Shown here one piece after another: positions 11,362-20,955 of a stretch of 64,000 nt of DNA. The translations under genes were made by a program, and so were the position numbers. The stretch is from Gammaproteobacteria bacterium. GTDB taxonomy: Bacteria > Pseudomonadota > Gammaproteobacteria > Eutrophobiales > Eutrophobiaceae. Location: positions 357-64,356 of the forward strand of contig JACORW010000053.1 of assembly GCA_016179185.1 (NCBI GenBank), given 5' to 3'. Under the pieces are notes generated by a model. That model was not told where the DNA came from, made no database searches, and worked only from the letters and a program-made list of their open reading frames with translations. How positions within the stretch are numbered: position 1 is the stretch's first letter; each line of letters begins with the position of its first letter.

Positions 11362-12752
11362 GACGTCTGCCCGCGCGCCAGTTCGCGCACCGCGGACACA
11401 AACGCATCGCCGCGGGCGATGTAACTGCTGAACATGTCGAAGCTCGCGCACGCCGGGGACAGCAGCACAATGTCACCGGGACTCGCGGCGCGGGCGCAGG
11501 CGACGACGGCGCCGTGCATTTCGGCGGCGAACTCGATGATCGTGCGATCGCCAACCGCGCGCGCTATGCGCGGCGCATCCCGGCCCATCAGCACCAGGCG
11601 TTTGACATGGGCGGCGACCACGTCCGCCAGCGGGGCGAAATCGGCATCCTTGCCATCGCCTCCGGCGATGAGGATCACGTTTCTCCCCGAAGCGATGCCG
11701 CGAATGGCCGCGCACGCGGCGCCGACATTGGTTCCCTTGGAATCGTCGTACCAGTCCGTGTCGCCGATCCGTGCGACCCACCGGCAGCGGTGCGGAAGTC
11801 CGGCAAAGCCGCGCAACGCGCGGCACATTCCGTCCTGCGGCAGCCCGATCGCCGTGCCCAAAGCGAGCGCCGCCAGTGCATTGGCCTGGTTGTGCTCACC
11901 GCGGATCCCGAGTTCCCGCGCCACCAGCAACCGCTCGTCGCCACGACACAACCATGCTTCGTCGCCTTTGCGGCGCAGGCCAAACTGGCCCCGGCCGGGC
12001 TCCAGCAGGGTAAATTCAAGGCGCTCCCGCTGAGGACGGATCATCGCGCGCACGATCGGATCGTCAATGTTGATTACCATCGTCTTTGCGCCGCGATAGA
12101 CGCGCTCCTTCGCCGCCGCGTAGTCGGACAGTCCATGGTGCCGGTCCATGTGATCCTGGGTCACGTTCAGCACCGTCGCAGCGGCCGGGGTCAGGGAACT
12201 GGTGGTCTGCAGCTGGAAACTGGAAAGCTCCAGCACATAGATGTCCGGCTCGACCTCGGCCAGAAGTTCCAGCGCCGGTATGCCGATGTTGCCGCCGAGG
12301 GCCGAGACCCGGCCGCAATGTCCGATCATTTGATGCACGAGCGTCGCCACGGTGCTTTTGCCGTTGGAGCCGGTCACCGCAATCACCGGGCGCACGCACT
12401 GGCGCGCGAACAATTCGATGTCGCCGATGACCTCGATGCCCGAACCGGAGGCCGCGCGCAGCGGCGGTTCATCCAGCGACACACCGGGACTGACCACCAG
12501 CCGTCCCGCGCGTCGCAGAAAGTCCGCGCGGAAATCCCCCAGGTGCAGCGGCACATGCGGAAATTCGGCCCGCACTTCCGCCAGGCAGGGAGGGTTGGTC
12601 CTGCTGTCCACCGCGGCCAGCGACTCCCCCAGCCGCGACAGGTGCCGCAGGCATGACAGGCCGGTGCGCCCGAGACCGACTACGACATTGTCATAGCGCC
12701 TGGCGCCCGCGGCGCCGGGTCGTCCGTGCCGGGATGCGGTCACGACCTTCAT
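11358..12752 (-). CDS. murD: UDP-N-acetylmuramoylalanine--D-glutamate ligase
   Basis: 464 aa: [30 protein letters not shown] overlap with the mraY stop. Confidence 0.95.
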   Translation of the reverse strand: MKVVTASRHGRPGAAGARRYDNVVVGLGRTGLSCLRHLSRLGESLAAVDSRTNPPCLAEVRAEFPHVPLHLGDFRADFLRRAGRLVVSPGVSLDEPPLRAASGSGIEVIGDIELFARQCVRPVIAVTGSNGKSTVATLVHQMIGHCGRVSALGGNIGIPALELLAEVEPDIYVLELSSFQLQTTSSLTPAAATVLNVTQDHMDRHHGLSDYAAAKERVYRGAKTMVINIDDPIVRAMIRPQRERLEFTLLEPGRGQFGLRRKGDEAWLCRGDERLLVARELGIRGEHNQANALAALALGTAIGLPQDGMCRALRGFAGLPHRCRWVARIGDTDWYDDSKGTNVGAACAAIRGIASGRNVILIAGGDGKDADFAPLADVVAAHVKRLVLMGRDAPRIARAVGDRTIIEFAAEMHGAVVACARAASPGDIVLLSPACASFDMFSSYIARGDAFVSAVRELARGQTS

Positions 12753-13831
12753 CTGATCTTGAGACTCGACAGGCCGACCAGCACCAGCATGAAGGTGATG
12801 ATCCAGAACCGGACAATGACCCGCGGCTCGGGCCAGCCCTTCAGTTCAAAGTGGTGATGCAGCGGAGCCATGTGAAAGATGCGCCGCCCGGTGAATTTGT
12901 ACGAGGCCACCTGCAGGATCACCGACACGGTCTCCATGACGAACAGGCCGCCCATGATCAACAGCGCCAGCTCCTGTCGCACCAGCACCGCCACGATGCC
13001 CAAGGCCGCACCGAGCGCCAGTGCGCCGATATCCCCCATGAACACCTGCGCGGGATAGGTGTTGAACCAGAGAAACCCGAGCCCCGAGCCGACAATCGCT
13101 CCGAGAAAGATGCACACCTCCCCGACCCCGGCGATGTACGGCACGCCCAGGTACTCGGCGAAGCGCACGTTGCCGGCCACATAGGCAAAGATCGCCAGCG
13201 CCCCGGCCACCATCACCGCCGGCAGGATCGCCAGGCCGTCCAGTCCGTCGGTGAGATTCACGGCATTGCTGGTGCCGACGATGACGAAGTAGGTCAACAC
13301 GACGAAAATCACGCCCAGCTCCAGGTTCAGGCTCTTGACGAACGGAACGATGAGCTGCGTTTCCGCCGGCACCGTCGCGCTGAAGTACAAGTAGAGGGCG
13401 GTCGCCAGCGCAATCAGCGACTGCCAGAGATATTTCCATCTTGGCGGAAGCCCGCGCGAATCCTGGCGCACGACCTTGCGGTAATCGTCCACCCAGCCGA
13501 CGACGCCGAAGGCAAGCGTCACCAGCAGGCTGATCCACAGGTGTGCGCTGCGGAGATCGCCCCAGCACAATGTGCTGAAAGCCACGGCAATCAGGATCAG
13601 CAGTCCTCCCATTGTCGGAGTGCCGGCCTTGGCGAGATGGGATTGCGGGCCATCGTCGCGCACGGACTGGCCGATCTGGTACCTGCCGAGATAATCGATC
13701 AGCACCGGCCCGACAATCAGCGCGATGGCCAGCGCGGTGAGCGAGCCAAGGATGGTGCGCAACGTGATGTACTGGAACACGTTGAACCCGCTGTAGTATC
13801 CGGTGAGATATTCCGCGAGCCACAGCAGCAT
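12749..13831 (-). CDS. mraY: Phospho-N-acetylmuramoyl-pentapeptide transferase
   Basis: 360 aa: MLLWLAEYL...GTPTMGG...[13 protein letters not shown]...[10 protein letters not shown]. Confidence 0.98.
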   Translation of the reverse strand: MLLWLAEYLTGYYSGFNVFQYITLRTILGSLTALAIALIVGPVLIDYLGRYQIGQSVRDDGPQSHLAKAGTPTMGGLLILIAVAFSTLCWGDLRSAHLWISLLVTLAFGVVGWVDDYRKVVRQDSRGLPPRWKYLWQSLIALATALYLYFSATVPAETQLIVPFVKSLNLELGVIFVVLTYFVIVGTSNAVNLTDGLDGLAILPAVMVAGALAIFAYVAGNVRFAEYLGVPYIAGVGEVCIFLGAIVGSGLGFLWFNTYPAQVFMGDIGALALGAALGIVAVLVRQELALLIMGGLFVMETVSVILQVASYKFTGRRIFHMAPLHHHFELKGWPEPRVIVRFWIITFMLVLVGLSSLKIR

Positions 13832-13834
13832 GGA

Positions 13835-15184
13835 TCATGCTTCCGGCAGAATGGCAGCAACGACGCGTTCCATGGACATCGCGCGCGAGCCCTTCACCAG
13901 TACCGTGACATCCCCGGCCAGGGCCGGGCGCAGGCTGGCATTCAAAGTTTCAACGGACGGGTAATGGCTCGCGCCGGCCCCGAATTCCTCCACTGCATGG
14001 CGGCTCAGCTCCCCCAGCGCAAACATGCGTTCCACGCCGGCGCGCCGGGCGGACTCGCCTGCGCGGGCATGAAATTCCGGCCCGCGCGCGCCCAGTTCAC
14101 CCATGTCTCCAAGCACCAGCCAGCGGCGCCCGGGGATTTCGCTCAACACCGCCAGCGCCGCGTCCAGCGACGCCGGGTTCGCGTTGTAGGTGTCGTCAAG
14201 CACGCGCGCCGAGTTGTGCGCAGCCTTCAGTTGCAACCGCCCCTTGACGGCACGCACCGACTCCAGGCCGGCGGCGATGCGCTCCGGCGCGATCCCCAGC
14301 GCGACGCCGCAGGCGGCGGCGGCCAGCGCATTCATGACATTGTGCACGCCCGGCAATGGCAAACTCACGGGCTGCATTGCCCCGGCCGCGCACAGCACAA
14401 AACGCACCGCGACGCCGTCGCGTAGCATGCGGGTCGCCGTTACCTCGGCCCCGGGGAGCAACCCGAAGGTCACCTGACGCCGCCCGTACGCGGCCGCGCG
14501 CCAAAGCGGCGCGTAGGCGTCGTCGCTGTTGATGACGGCGGTCCCGTCCGCGCCCAGGCCCAGGTAGATTTCCGCCTTGGCGCGGGCGACGCCCTCGACG
14601 CTGCCGAAACCCTCAAGGTGCGCGGGGGCGCATTGCGTGACGACCGCCACATCCGGCTCAACCAGGCGCGTGAGCCCGGCGATCTCGCCCGGATGGTTGG
14701 CGCCCATTTCAATGACCCCGAAGCGATGCTCGTTTCCAAGCCGGAACAGCGTCAACGGGACGCCGATATCATTGTTCAGATTGCCGGTGGTGGACAGCGT
14801 CGGCGCCAGTTGCGTGAATATTGAGGCCAGCAGCTCCTTGACTGTCGTCTTGCCGTTGCTGCCCGTGACGGCCACGCACGGGATCGGAAAGCGCCTGCGC
14901 CACGACCGGGCGAGCCGCCCCAGCGCCTGGCGCGTATCGGACACCGACAGCAGTGGCAAGGGGGCATCGGACAGCGCGCGATCGATCACGGCGCCGGCGG
15001 CCCCGCGCTGCCGGACCTCGGCGAGGAAACCGTGCCCGTCGAAATTCCCGCCGCGCAGCGCGAAGAACAACGCGCCGGCCGAAAGGGTGCGGCTGTCGGT
15101 ACTGCAGCCGCAGAATGGCGCATCCGGGCCGTGCAGGGTGCCTTCCATGTAAGTTGCGGCTTCGGACAGGCGCATGGCGATCAC
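13835..15184 (-). CDS. murF: UDP-MurNAc-tripeptide--D-alanyl-D-alanine ligase
   Basis: 449 aa: CSTDSRTLSAGALFFALRGGNFDGH, VTGSNGKTTVKELL. Confidence 0.95.
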   Translation of the reverse strand: MIAMRLSEAATYMEGTLHGPDAPFCGCSTDSRTLSAGALFFALRGGNFDGHGFLAEVRQRGAAGAVIDRALSDAPLPLLSVSDTRQALGRLARSWRRRFPIPCVAVTGSNGKTTVKELLASIFTQLAPTLSTTGNLNNDIGVPLTLFRLGNEHRFGVIEMGANHPGEIAGLTRLVEPDVAVVTQCAPAHLEGFGSVEGVARAKAEIYLGLGADGTAVINSDDAYAPLWRAAAYGRRQVTFGLLPGAEVTATRMLRDGVAVRFVLCAAGAMQPVSLPLPGVHNVMNALAAAACGVALGIAPERIAAGLESVRAVKGRLQLKAAHNSARVLDDTYNANPASLDAALAVLSEIPGRRWLVLGDMGELGARGPEFHARAGESARRAGVERMFALGELSRHAVEEFGAGASHYPSVETLNASLRPALAGDVTVLVKGSRAMSMERVVAAILPEA

Positions 15185-16713
15185 GCGCTCCGCTCCAGCA
15201 ATGCGCGCACCAGTTGCCGATCGCTGTACGGCAGACGCCGGCCCGCGATCTCCTGGTAGGTCTCGTGCCCTTTGCCGGCTACCAGCACCACATCGCCGGC
15301 ACGCGCGTCGCGAATTGCACGCGCGATCGCGGCCGGGCGATCGGGCTCCACGATCGCCGCACCGGGGCTGCGCATGCCGGCAAGGATTGCGGAGATGATT
15401 GCCCGCGGTTCCTCGCTGCGCGGGTTGTCACTGGTGATCACGACGCCGTCCGCATGCAGTTCCGCCGCTGCCCCCATTTGCGGTCGCTTGCCCGGATCCC
15501 GATCGCCGCCGCATCCCAGGACGCAGATGAGGCGTCCGCGGCATTGCGGGCGCAATGCCTGTAGCGCCTTCTGCACCGCGTCGGGGGTATGCGCGTAATC
15601 CACGACGACCATCGGCCGACCCGGGGCATGAAAAGCCTCCATGCGCCCCGGCACCGCCGTGGCCCGGCCAAGCAGTTTTACCGCGCTCGCAAAGGGAACG
15701 TCCAGTAAGCAGAGCGCGGCGCAGGCCGCCAGCAGGTTGGATGCGTTGAAGCGGCCGGTCAGGGCGCATTGCAACCGGCCGCGGCCCCACGGGCCGGACA
15801 ATTCCAGCGCCAGCGTGCCGGGCCCGCTGGCCAGCAGCCGCCCGAGCAACTCGCCCATGGGCGCAACATCGGGCAGCGCCGCGTCCATCAGGCGATACCC
15901 GGTCGTCTTGATGCCGGCAGCGCAGTCGCGCGCAAGTTCCCGGCCGAATGCGTCATCCAGATTGACCACCGCATGCTGCAATTCCGGTGTCGCGAACAAC
16001 AGCCGTTTTGCGGCGCCGTAGGCATCCATGTCACCGTGGAAATCCAGGTGATCCCGCGTCAGATTCGTGAATACCGCGCAGTGAAAATGAACGCCGGAGA
16101 TGCGATCCAGCGCCAGGGCATGGGAGGACACTTCCATCGCCACAAACTTCACGCCCGCGTCACGCTGACGCGCCAGTTCCCGCTGCAGGCTGATCGGGTC
16201 CGGCGTTGTCAGCGCGGCGGGTTCCAGGCGATCCACGCGGCCGTAACCGAGCGTGCCGATCACCCCGGCATGTCCGGGGACCAGTTCGTGCAGCGCCTGC
16301 GCCAGGTAATGGCACGTGGACGTCTTGCCGTTCGTGCCCGTGACTCCGACCACGCGCAACTGCCGCGACGGATCGCCGAAGAAACGCGCCGCAATCACGC
16401 CAGCCACGTGCGCCAGGTCCGGCACGCGTATCACCGGCACGCCTGCGGGCCCCCGCCATTCGCCGGCGTCGGGCACATCGGCAAGGATCGCCGCGGCGCC
16501 GGCGCGCACTGCGGCATTCCTGTGCCGCCAGCCATGATCCCGTTGCCCGGCAAGCGCGATGAACGTATCGCCCGCCTGCAACGTCCTGCTGTCGAGACTT
16601 ATTCCGCGAACCGGGGCATCCAGCCCGGCGGGCACGTCGGCCAGACCCCGCAGCAGGACCGAAAGGGGCGCGCCTGTTTCCGCGTCAATGTTTTTCATTG
16701 CCAGCATCGTCAC
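15181..16713 (-). CDS. murE: UDP-MurNAc-L-Ala-D-Glu--2,6-diaminopimelate ligase
   Basis: 510 aa: GVTGTNGKTST, SHALALDR, TSDNPRSEEP. Confidence 0.95.
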   Translation of the reverse strand: MTMLAMKNIDAETGAPLSVLLRGLADVPAGLDAPVRGISLDSRTLQAGDTFIALAGQRDHGWRHRNAAVRAGAAAILADVPDAGEWRGPAGVPVIRVPDLAHVAGVIAARFFGDPSRQLRVVGVTGTNGKTSTCHYLAQALHELVPGHAGVIGTLGYGRVDRLEPAALTTPDPISLQRELARQRDAGVKFVAMEVSSHALALDRISGVHFHCAVFTNLTRDHLDFHGDMDAYGAAKRLLFATPELQHAVVNLDDAFGRELARDCAAGIKTTGYRLMDAALPDVAPMGELLGRLLASGPGTLALELSGPWGRGRLQCALTGRFNASNLLAACAALCLLDVPFASAVKLLGRATAVPGRMEAFHAPGRPMVVVDYAHTPDAVQKALQALRPQCRGRLICVLGCGGDRDPGKRPQMGAAAELHADGVVITSDNPRSEEPRAIISAILAGMRSPGAAIVEPDRPAAIARAIRDARAGDVVLVAGKGHETYQEIAGRRLPYSDRQLVRALLERSA

Positions 16714-18434
16714 AGCACCGGCGCCGCGGCACCGGCCAGGATTGCGCGGTTTTCCAGCGCCGGCGTGTCATCGGGGGGAATGTCCAGAATGCGAACCGCG
16801 CCGCGCATGACCGCGGCAAATACAGGCGCCGCCACCTGTCCGCCGAAATGCACGCCTTCATTGGGTTCGTCAATGACGACTACGGCAACCAGGCGCGGAG
16901 CCCCCGCCGGCACGATCCCGGCGAACAGCGAGAGATACCGGTTCTCCGCGTACCCCCCGGCCTCGCTCTTGTGCACAGTGCCGGTCTTGCCGGCGACACG
17001 ATAGCCGTCAACCCTGGCACGCAACCCGGTGCCTTCGGCGGAGATTACCGTCTCCAGCATCGCCAGCACCGCCCGGGCGACGTCCGGATCCATCGCGCTG
17101 CTGCCCGGGGCCGGTGTCTCCACCTTGAGCAGCGAGACCGGGCGCACGACGCCGCCTGATCCCAGCACGGCGTAGGCGTGCGCAAGCTGCAGCGTGGTAG
17201 CGGACAGACCGTACCCGAATCCGATCGTGGCGAGTTCAAGCTCCGACCAGTTGCGGTAATTTTGCAGCTGCCCGGAGCCCTCGCCGGGGAATCCGCTGCC
17301 GGTGCCGCGCCCGAATCCCAGCGCCGTGTACAGATCAAATATCGGCTGCGGGCCCACCGCCAGCGCGATCTTGCTGGCGCCTACATTGCTCGATTTCCGG
17401 ATCACCCCGGTGACATCCAGCAAACCGTAGTCATGCAGATCGCTGATGGTGTGGCCGCCAATCCGCAGTCTGCCCGGCCGCGCATCCACCGGCGTGTCCG
17501 GCCGGAACAGTCCCGACTCCAATGCCGCCGCAATGGTGAACGGCTTCACCGTGGAACCGGGCTCGAACAAATCCGTCACCGCCCGGTTGCGATACAAATC
17601 GCTGCGCAGTTTTTCGCGGTTGTTCGGATTGAAGGCGGGTTGCGACACCATGGCCATCACTTCGCCGGAGGCGACGTCCAGAACCACCAGCGATCCGCCC
17701 CGTGCCCCGTGCCCGATGACCGCGCGCTTCAATTCCCGGTGTGCCAGATATTGAATGCGCCGATCGATGCTCAGCGTCAACTGCCGGCCGGGACTGGCGG
17801 GCGTGATGTTTTCGATGTCCTGGATGGTCCGGCCAAGGGAGTCCCGGAGCACGCGCTTGCTGCCGGGCACGCCGCGCAGCCATTCGTCGAACGCCAGTTC
17901 CACACCCTCCTGCCCGGTGTCGTCAATATTGGTAAAGCCAAGCAGATGCCCGGTGATTTCCCCGGCCGGGTAGTAGCGGCGATATTCCCGTTGCTGATAC
18001 ACCCCGGGAAATTTGAGCGCGGCAACCTGCGCCGCCTGTTCCGGCGCTATTTGCCGCCGCAGGTAGACAAATTCGCGCCCGCTGCGTTCGCGCAACAGAC
18101 CGCCCAGTTCCGCGGCCTGCATCCCGAGCGCACGGGCGAGGTGTTCCGGATCCTGCCCGGCGACACCGGCCTCCTGCGGATTGACCCACACCGAATCCAC
18201 CGGCGTGCTGATTGCCAGCGGTTCGCCGTTCCGATCGGTAATCATGCCGCGGTGCGCCGGCACGGCGACCACGCGCAGCGCCCGCGCATCGCCGTGCTCC
18301 CGCAGGAAGCCGGTGCGCAACACTTGCAGGTCCACGGCCCGGGCCAGCAGCAGCACGGCGCTGACCGCAAACACGGACAGCACGAACCAGCGTCGTGCCG
18401 GATGCGTCGCGGACAACGATCGTTGCGGGATCAT
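16710..18434 (-). CDS. ftsI: Division-specific transpeptidase PBP3
   Basis: From ATG 18434 (ATGA overlap with ftsL): a TM anchor, then STVKP (SxxK), SSN and KTGT motifs. The ORF-track 680-aa version extends through ftsL. Confidence 0.95.
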   Translation of the reverse strand: MIPQRSLSATHPARRWFVLSVFAVSAVLLLARAVDLQVLRTGFLREHGDARALRVVAVPAHRGMITDRNGEPLAISTPVDSVWVNPQEAGVAGQDPEHLARALGMQAAELGGLLRERSGREFVYLRRQIAPEQAAQVAALKFPGVYQQREYRRYYPAGEITGHLLGFTNIDDTGQEGVELAFDEWLRGVPGSKRVLRDSLGRTIQDIENITPASPGRQLTLSIDRRIQYLAHRELKRAVIGHGARGGSLVVLDVASGEVMAMVSQPAFNPNNREKLRSDLYRNRAVTDLFEPGSTVKPFTIAAALESGLFRPDTPVDARPGRLRIGGHTISDLHDYGLLDVTGVIRKSSNVGASKIALAVGPQPIFDLYTALGFGRGTGSGFPGEGSGQLQNYRNWSELELATIGFGYGLSATTLQLAHAYAVLGSGGVVRPVSLLKVETPAPGSSAMDPDVARAVLAMLETVISAEGTGLRARVDGYRVAGKTGTVHKSEAGGYAENRYLSLFAGIVPAGAPRLVAVVVIDEPNEGVHFGGQVAAPVFAAVMRGAVRILDIPPDDTPALENRAILAGAAAPVL

Positions 18435-18694
18435 TGCAGCAGCTCCACGGCAGCGCGCTCCGGTTCCCGCATCTGCAGGCGTGTGCGGGCAATCTCCTCG
18501 ACGCGGGCATCCGTCGCCCAGGTGCTCTGCTCGAGCTGCAGACGCCCCCATTCCTCGCTGAACCGATCGCGCTCCCGCTCGAGCACCTGCACTTCGACGA
18601 AGATCTTTCGCGCCTGATGCTGGTGCAGGACAACCTGCAACGCCGACAGAAAAATCACCGCCACGAGCACCGCGGTCATGCGCCACCGGTTCAT
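18431..18694 (-). CDS. ftsL: Cell division protein FtsL
   Basis: 87 aa with one TM (TAVLVAVIFLSALQVVL) plus a coiled-coil region. Located between rsmH and ftsI. Confidence 0.9.
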   Translation of the reverse strand: MNRWRMTAVLVAVIFLSALQVVLHQHQARKIFVEVQVLERERDRFSEEWGRLQLEQSTWATDARVEEIARTRLQMREPERAAVELLQ

Positions 18695-19731
18695 GCCGCC
18701 GTTCGCTCCGCGACGCGCAACACGGCGCTGCGGGCACGCGGATTGCGCGCAACCTCGGCTGCGGCCGGGCGCTGCGCGGCCCCGATCAGCCGCAGGCGCG
18801 GCTTCAGGTCCGCAGCCCGGACCGGCATTTCCGGTGCATGGGGATCGCCGCGCGCCTCCGTGCGCAAAAACCGCTTTACGATGCGGTCCTCCAGCGAATG
18901 AAAACTGATTACCGCCAGGCGCCCGCCCGTCCGCAGCACCGCGACGGCCTGGGGCAGGACCGCGGTCAGCGCTTCCAGCTCGCCATTGACGAAGATGCGG
19001 ATCGCCTGGAACGAGCGTGTGGCCGGGTGGCGATCACGCTCCCGTGTCGGAACCGCCGCCGCGATGATGTCACGCAACCGGTGCGTCGTTGTGACCGGAC
19101 CGGAGGCGCGCGCGCCCACGATGGCACGGGCGATGCGGCGCGCAAAGCGCTCCTCACCAAGACGATGCAGAACCTCGCTTATTTCCGCCTCCGGTGCCGA
19201 TTGCAACCAGTCCGCCGCGGTGACGCCGGTCGTGGTGTCGTATCTCATGTCCAGCGGACCGTCGTTCTGAAAGCTGAAGCCACGCGCGCCTTGATCGAAC
19301 TGCGGCGACGACGCGCCGAGGTCCAGCAGCACCCCGGCGACATCGCCATGCACACCGGATTCGCGACAAAGGGATTCGAGTGCGGCATAAGTCGAATGCC
19401 GGCAGCGGACGCGCCGGTCCTGCGCGAAGCGCCGGTGCAGGAATTCGAACGCCTCCGGATCCCGATCCAGGACCAGGAGACATCCGTTCGGCCCGAGCAG
19501 ATTGAGAATGATGCCACTGTGTCCCCCGCGGCCCGCAGTGCAATCCACGTAGATGCCGCCGGGTTGCACATTCAGGGCCCGCAAAACCTCATCCGGAAGT
19601 ACCGGCTCGTGTCCGGTCTCCAACGTTTGTGTCAATCGGGGGAAATCGTGGTCATCGACCGCTGTTACAGCGACAGAAGCTTCAGCGTCTCGGAAGGCGC
19701 GCCGTCGGCCTCGCCCAGTTGCTCCAGCCAC
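18691..19731 (-). CDS. rsmH: 16S rRNA m4C1402 methyltransferase
   Basis: HEPVLPDEVLRAL...YVDCTAGRGGHS...DLGASSPQFD...SFHSLEDRIVK. ATG 19731 would overlap mraZ by 67 nt; TTG 19635 is a plausible true start. Confidence 0.92.
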   Translation of the reverse strand: MAGATGRGRRRAFRDAEASVAVTAVDDHDFPRLTQTLETGHEPVLPDEVLRALNVQPGGIYVDCTAGRGGHSGIILNLLGPNGCLLVLDRDPEAFEFLHRRFAQDRRVRCRHSTYAALESLCRESGVHGDVAGVLLDLGASSPQFDQGARGFSFQNDGPLDMRYDTTTGVTAADWLQSAPEAEISEVLHRLGEERFARRIARAIVGARASGPVTTTHRLRDIIAAAVPTRERDRHPATRSFQAIRIFVNGELEALTAVLPQAVAVLRTGGRLAVISFHSLEDRIVKRFLRTEARGDPHAPEMPVRAADLKPRLRLIGAAQRPAAAEVARNPRARSAVLRVAERTAA

Positions 19732-20123
19732 TGATCGCGTTGCGCGTGCCAGGCGGAGAAATCCCAGACCTCGAACTTGTTGCCTTGTCCGAGCACCACC
19801 GCCTGCCGCTTCAGCTTGGCGTACTCACGCAGCTCGGCCGGAAGCAGAATTCGTCCCTGCGCGTCCAGCTCGCAGTCCGTCGCATAGCCGCGCATCATCT
19901 GCTTTGCACGCCGGCTTTGCCGATCGAAATCCGACAGCGCTGCCAACTTGGCTTCAATCAATTCCCATTCCGACAATGGATACAGCCAAAGCGCCCGATC
20001 CAGCGGATTCAGCGTCTGCACCAGACGGCCGCCGGCCACCACCGACAACCTTTCCCGGAAACGGCTCGGAACCGCCAGACGGCCCTTGCTGTCGATGCTG
20101 ACTGTGCTGAATCCTCGAAACAC
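19665..20123 (-). CDS. mraZ: Transcriptional regulator MraZ
   Basis: 152 aa with a GTG start: MFRGFSTVSIDSKGRLAVPSRFRE...GRILLPAELREYA (two SpoVT/AbrB-like halves). Confidence 0.96.
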   Translation of the reverse strand: MFRGFSTVSIDSKGRLAVPSRFRERLSVVAGGRLVQTLNPLDRALWLYPLSEWELIEAKLAALSDFDRQSRRAKQMMRGYATDCELDAQGRILLPAELREYAKLKRQAVVLGQGNKFEVWDFSAWHAQRDQWLEQLGEADGAPSETLKLLSL

Positions 20124-20150
20124 GGCAAAGCCCCTGTTTTACTGAGAAAA

Positions 20151-20176
20151 ACCACTTTATCCCACAATTCCCCACT
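20151..20176 (-). promoter_or_regulatory. MraZ operator: three GTGGG-type direct repeats at 10-bp spacing
   Basis: The minus strand reads GTGGGgaattGTGGGataaaGTGGT immediately downstream of the -10 box. This is the arrangement described for the E. coli Pmra/MraZ operator. Confidence 0.7.
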
Positions 20177-20182
20177 TTTGGA

Positions 20183-20212
20183 ACTATAGGGAGTCAGCGG
20201 GAATAGTGTCAA
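20183..20212 (-). promoter_or_regulatory. Pmra sigma70-type promoter of the dcw cluster
   Basis: Minus strand: TTGACA (20207-20212), an 18-nt spacer, then TATAGT (20183-20188), about 60 nt upstream of the mraZ GTG. Confidence 0.65.
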
Positions 20213-20303
20213 GAAAATCTTGAAAAATTCGGGCAGAATTCTGCCTTAATTAACAGGGACTTAAGTGAAGTTTGTTGCAAAAAGGGCACGCTCGCGGCAA
20301 GTA

Positions 20304-20326
20304 TGGAAAATTAACTTGCGCAAGTT
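20304..20326 (-). terminator. Putative intrinsic terminator downstream of rnpB
   Basis: Palindrome AACTTGCGCAAGTT (20313-20326) is followed on the minus strand by AATTTTCC, about 100 nt after the mature RNase P RNA 3' end. Confidence 0.45.
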
Positions 20327-20427
20327 CAATAAATTGAATCAGGGAGTTAATGTTATGCCTTATGTTTCAACGGAGAATCCGGGCGCCCGCGGGAAAACCG
20401 CCGGGCCCGAGCCGCGGTATGCCTCAA

Positions 20428-20766
20428 GGTGGAGAGCCGGCCTGTAAGCCGGGTTCTGTCGAGGACAATCATTCATCTGGGATGCGCGTCACCGCGCACC
20501 TCAAGCGGCCTACCCGGGAACAGCGCGGGCCACGCCGTAGTTCCCCTATTTGGCCTTGCTCCAGGTGGGGTTTGCCCTGCCGCGACTGTTGCCAGCCGCG
20601 CGGTGCGCTCTTACCGCACCATTTCACCCTTACCTCTTTCGAGGCGGTGTATTTTCTGTGGCACTTTCCGTCGGCTCGCGCCGCCCAGGCGTTACCTGGC
20701 ACCTTGCCCTGTGGAGCCCGGACTTTCCTCCCCGAATAAACGGAGCGACTGCCCGGCCGGCTCTCC
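20428..20766 (-). ncRNA. rnpB: RNase P RNA (bacterial type A)
   Basis: The minus strand contains GAGGAAAGTCCGGGCTCCA (20712-20730), GGTGCCAGGTAACGCCTGGG, GGTAAGGGTGAAATGGTGCGGTAAGAGCGCACC, CAAGGCCAAATAGGGG and ACAGAACCCGGCTTAC. The 5' GGAGAGCCGGCC pairs with the 3' GGCCGGCTCTCC. Position between mraZ and rsmI is as in Pseudomonas. Ends are accurate to within a few nt. Confidence 0.95.
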
Positions 20767-20780
20767 GGGGACCAGTTAAA

Positions 20781-20839
20781 AGTAACAAGTCACAAGTTAC
20801 AAGTGAAACAGCAATAAGCCACAAGCGATAAGCTACAAG
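20781..20839. repeat. Tandem heptanucleotide array (AAG[T/C]NAC units, about 8 units)
   Basis: AAGTAAC AAGTCAC AAGTTAC AAGTGAA aca GCAAT AAGCCAC AAGCGAT AAGCTAC AAG. It is non-coding and lies directly upstream of the rnpB 5' end. Confidence 0.85.
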
Positions 20840-20903
20840 AAAAACAGAAGTGAGAACTTCAATGTAACAGCAACGGCATTCAGAACCGGCAAACCACCGG
20901 GAA

Positions 20904-20945
20904 CCAGCCATTAGCCACTATCCACTAGCCACCAGCCGCCAGCCA
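20904..20945. repeat. Tandem heptanucleotide array (NNAGCCA, 6 units)
   Basis: CCAGCCA TTAGCCA CTATCCA CTAGCCA CCAGCCG CCAGCCA, ending 10 nt before the rsmI stop codon. Confidence 0.85.
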
Positions 20946-20955
20946 CTTCCCCGTT

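Noticed and set aside
5718-18752. N-terminal extensions of the ORF-track versions of ddl, murC, murG, ftsW and ftsI (similarly sspB, petA, yajC, panB, PPK2 and queA elsewhere)
   Set aside because: The extensions overlap the upstream gene and lack conservation. Internal starts give canonical N-termini and ATGA/GTGA stop-start overlaps typical of the dcw operon.
20350-20911. Several 77-129 aa ORFs on both strands
   Set aside because: They lie on the RNase P RNA gene and the heptad arrays. The conserved P4/P15-type RNA motifs explain the region.
20781-20945. Heptad arrays (here and at 25574, 42767, 53314, 62511) considered as CRISPR arrays
   Set aside because: The period is 7 nt with no unique spacers of 25-40 nt, there are only 3-8 units, and there are no cas genes. 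These are tandem micro-repeats or hairpins, not CRISPR.
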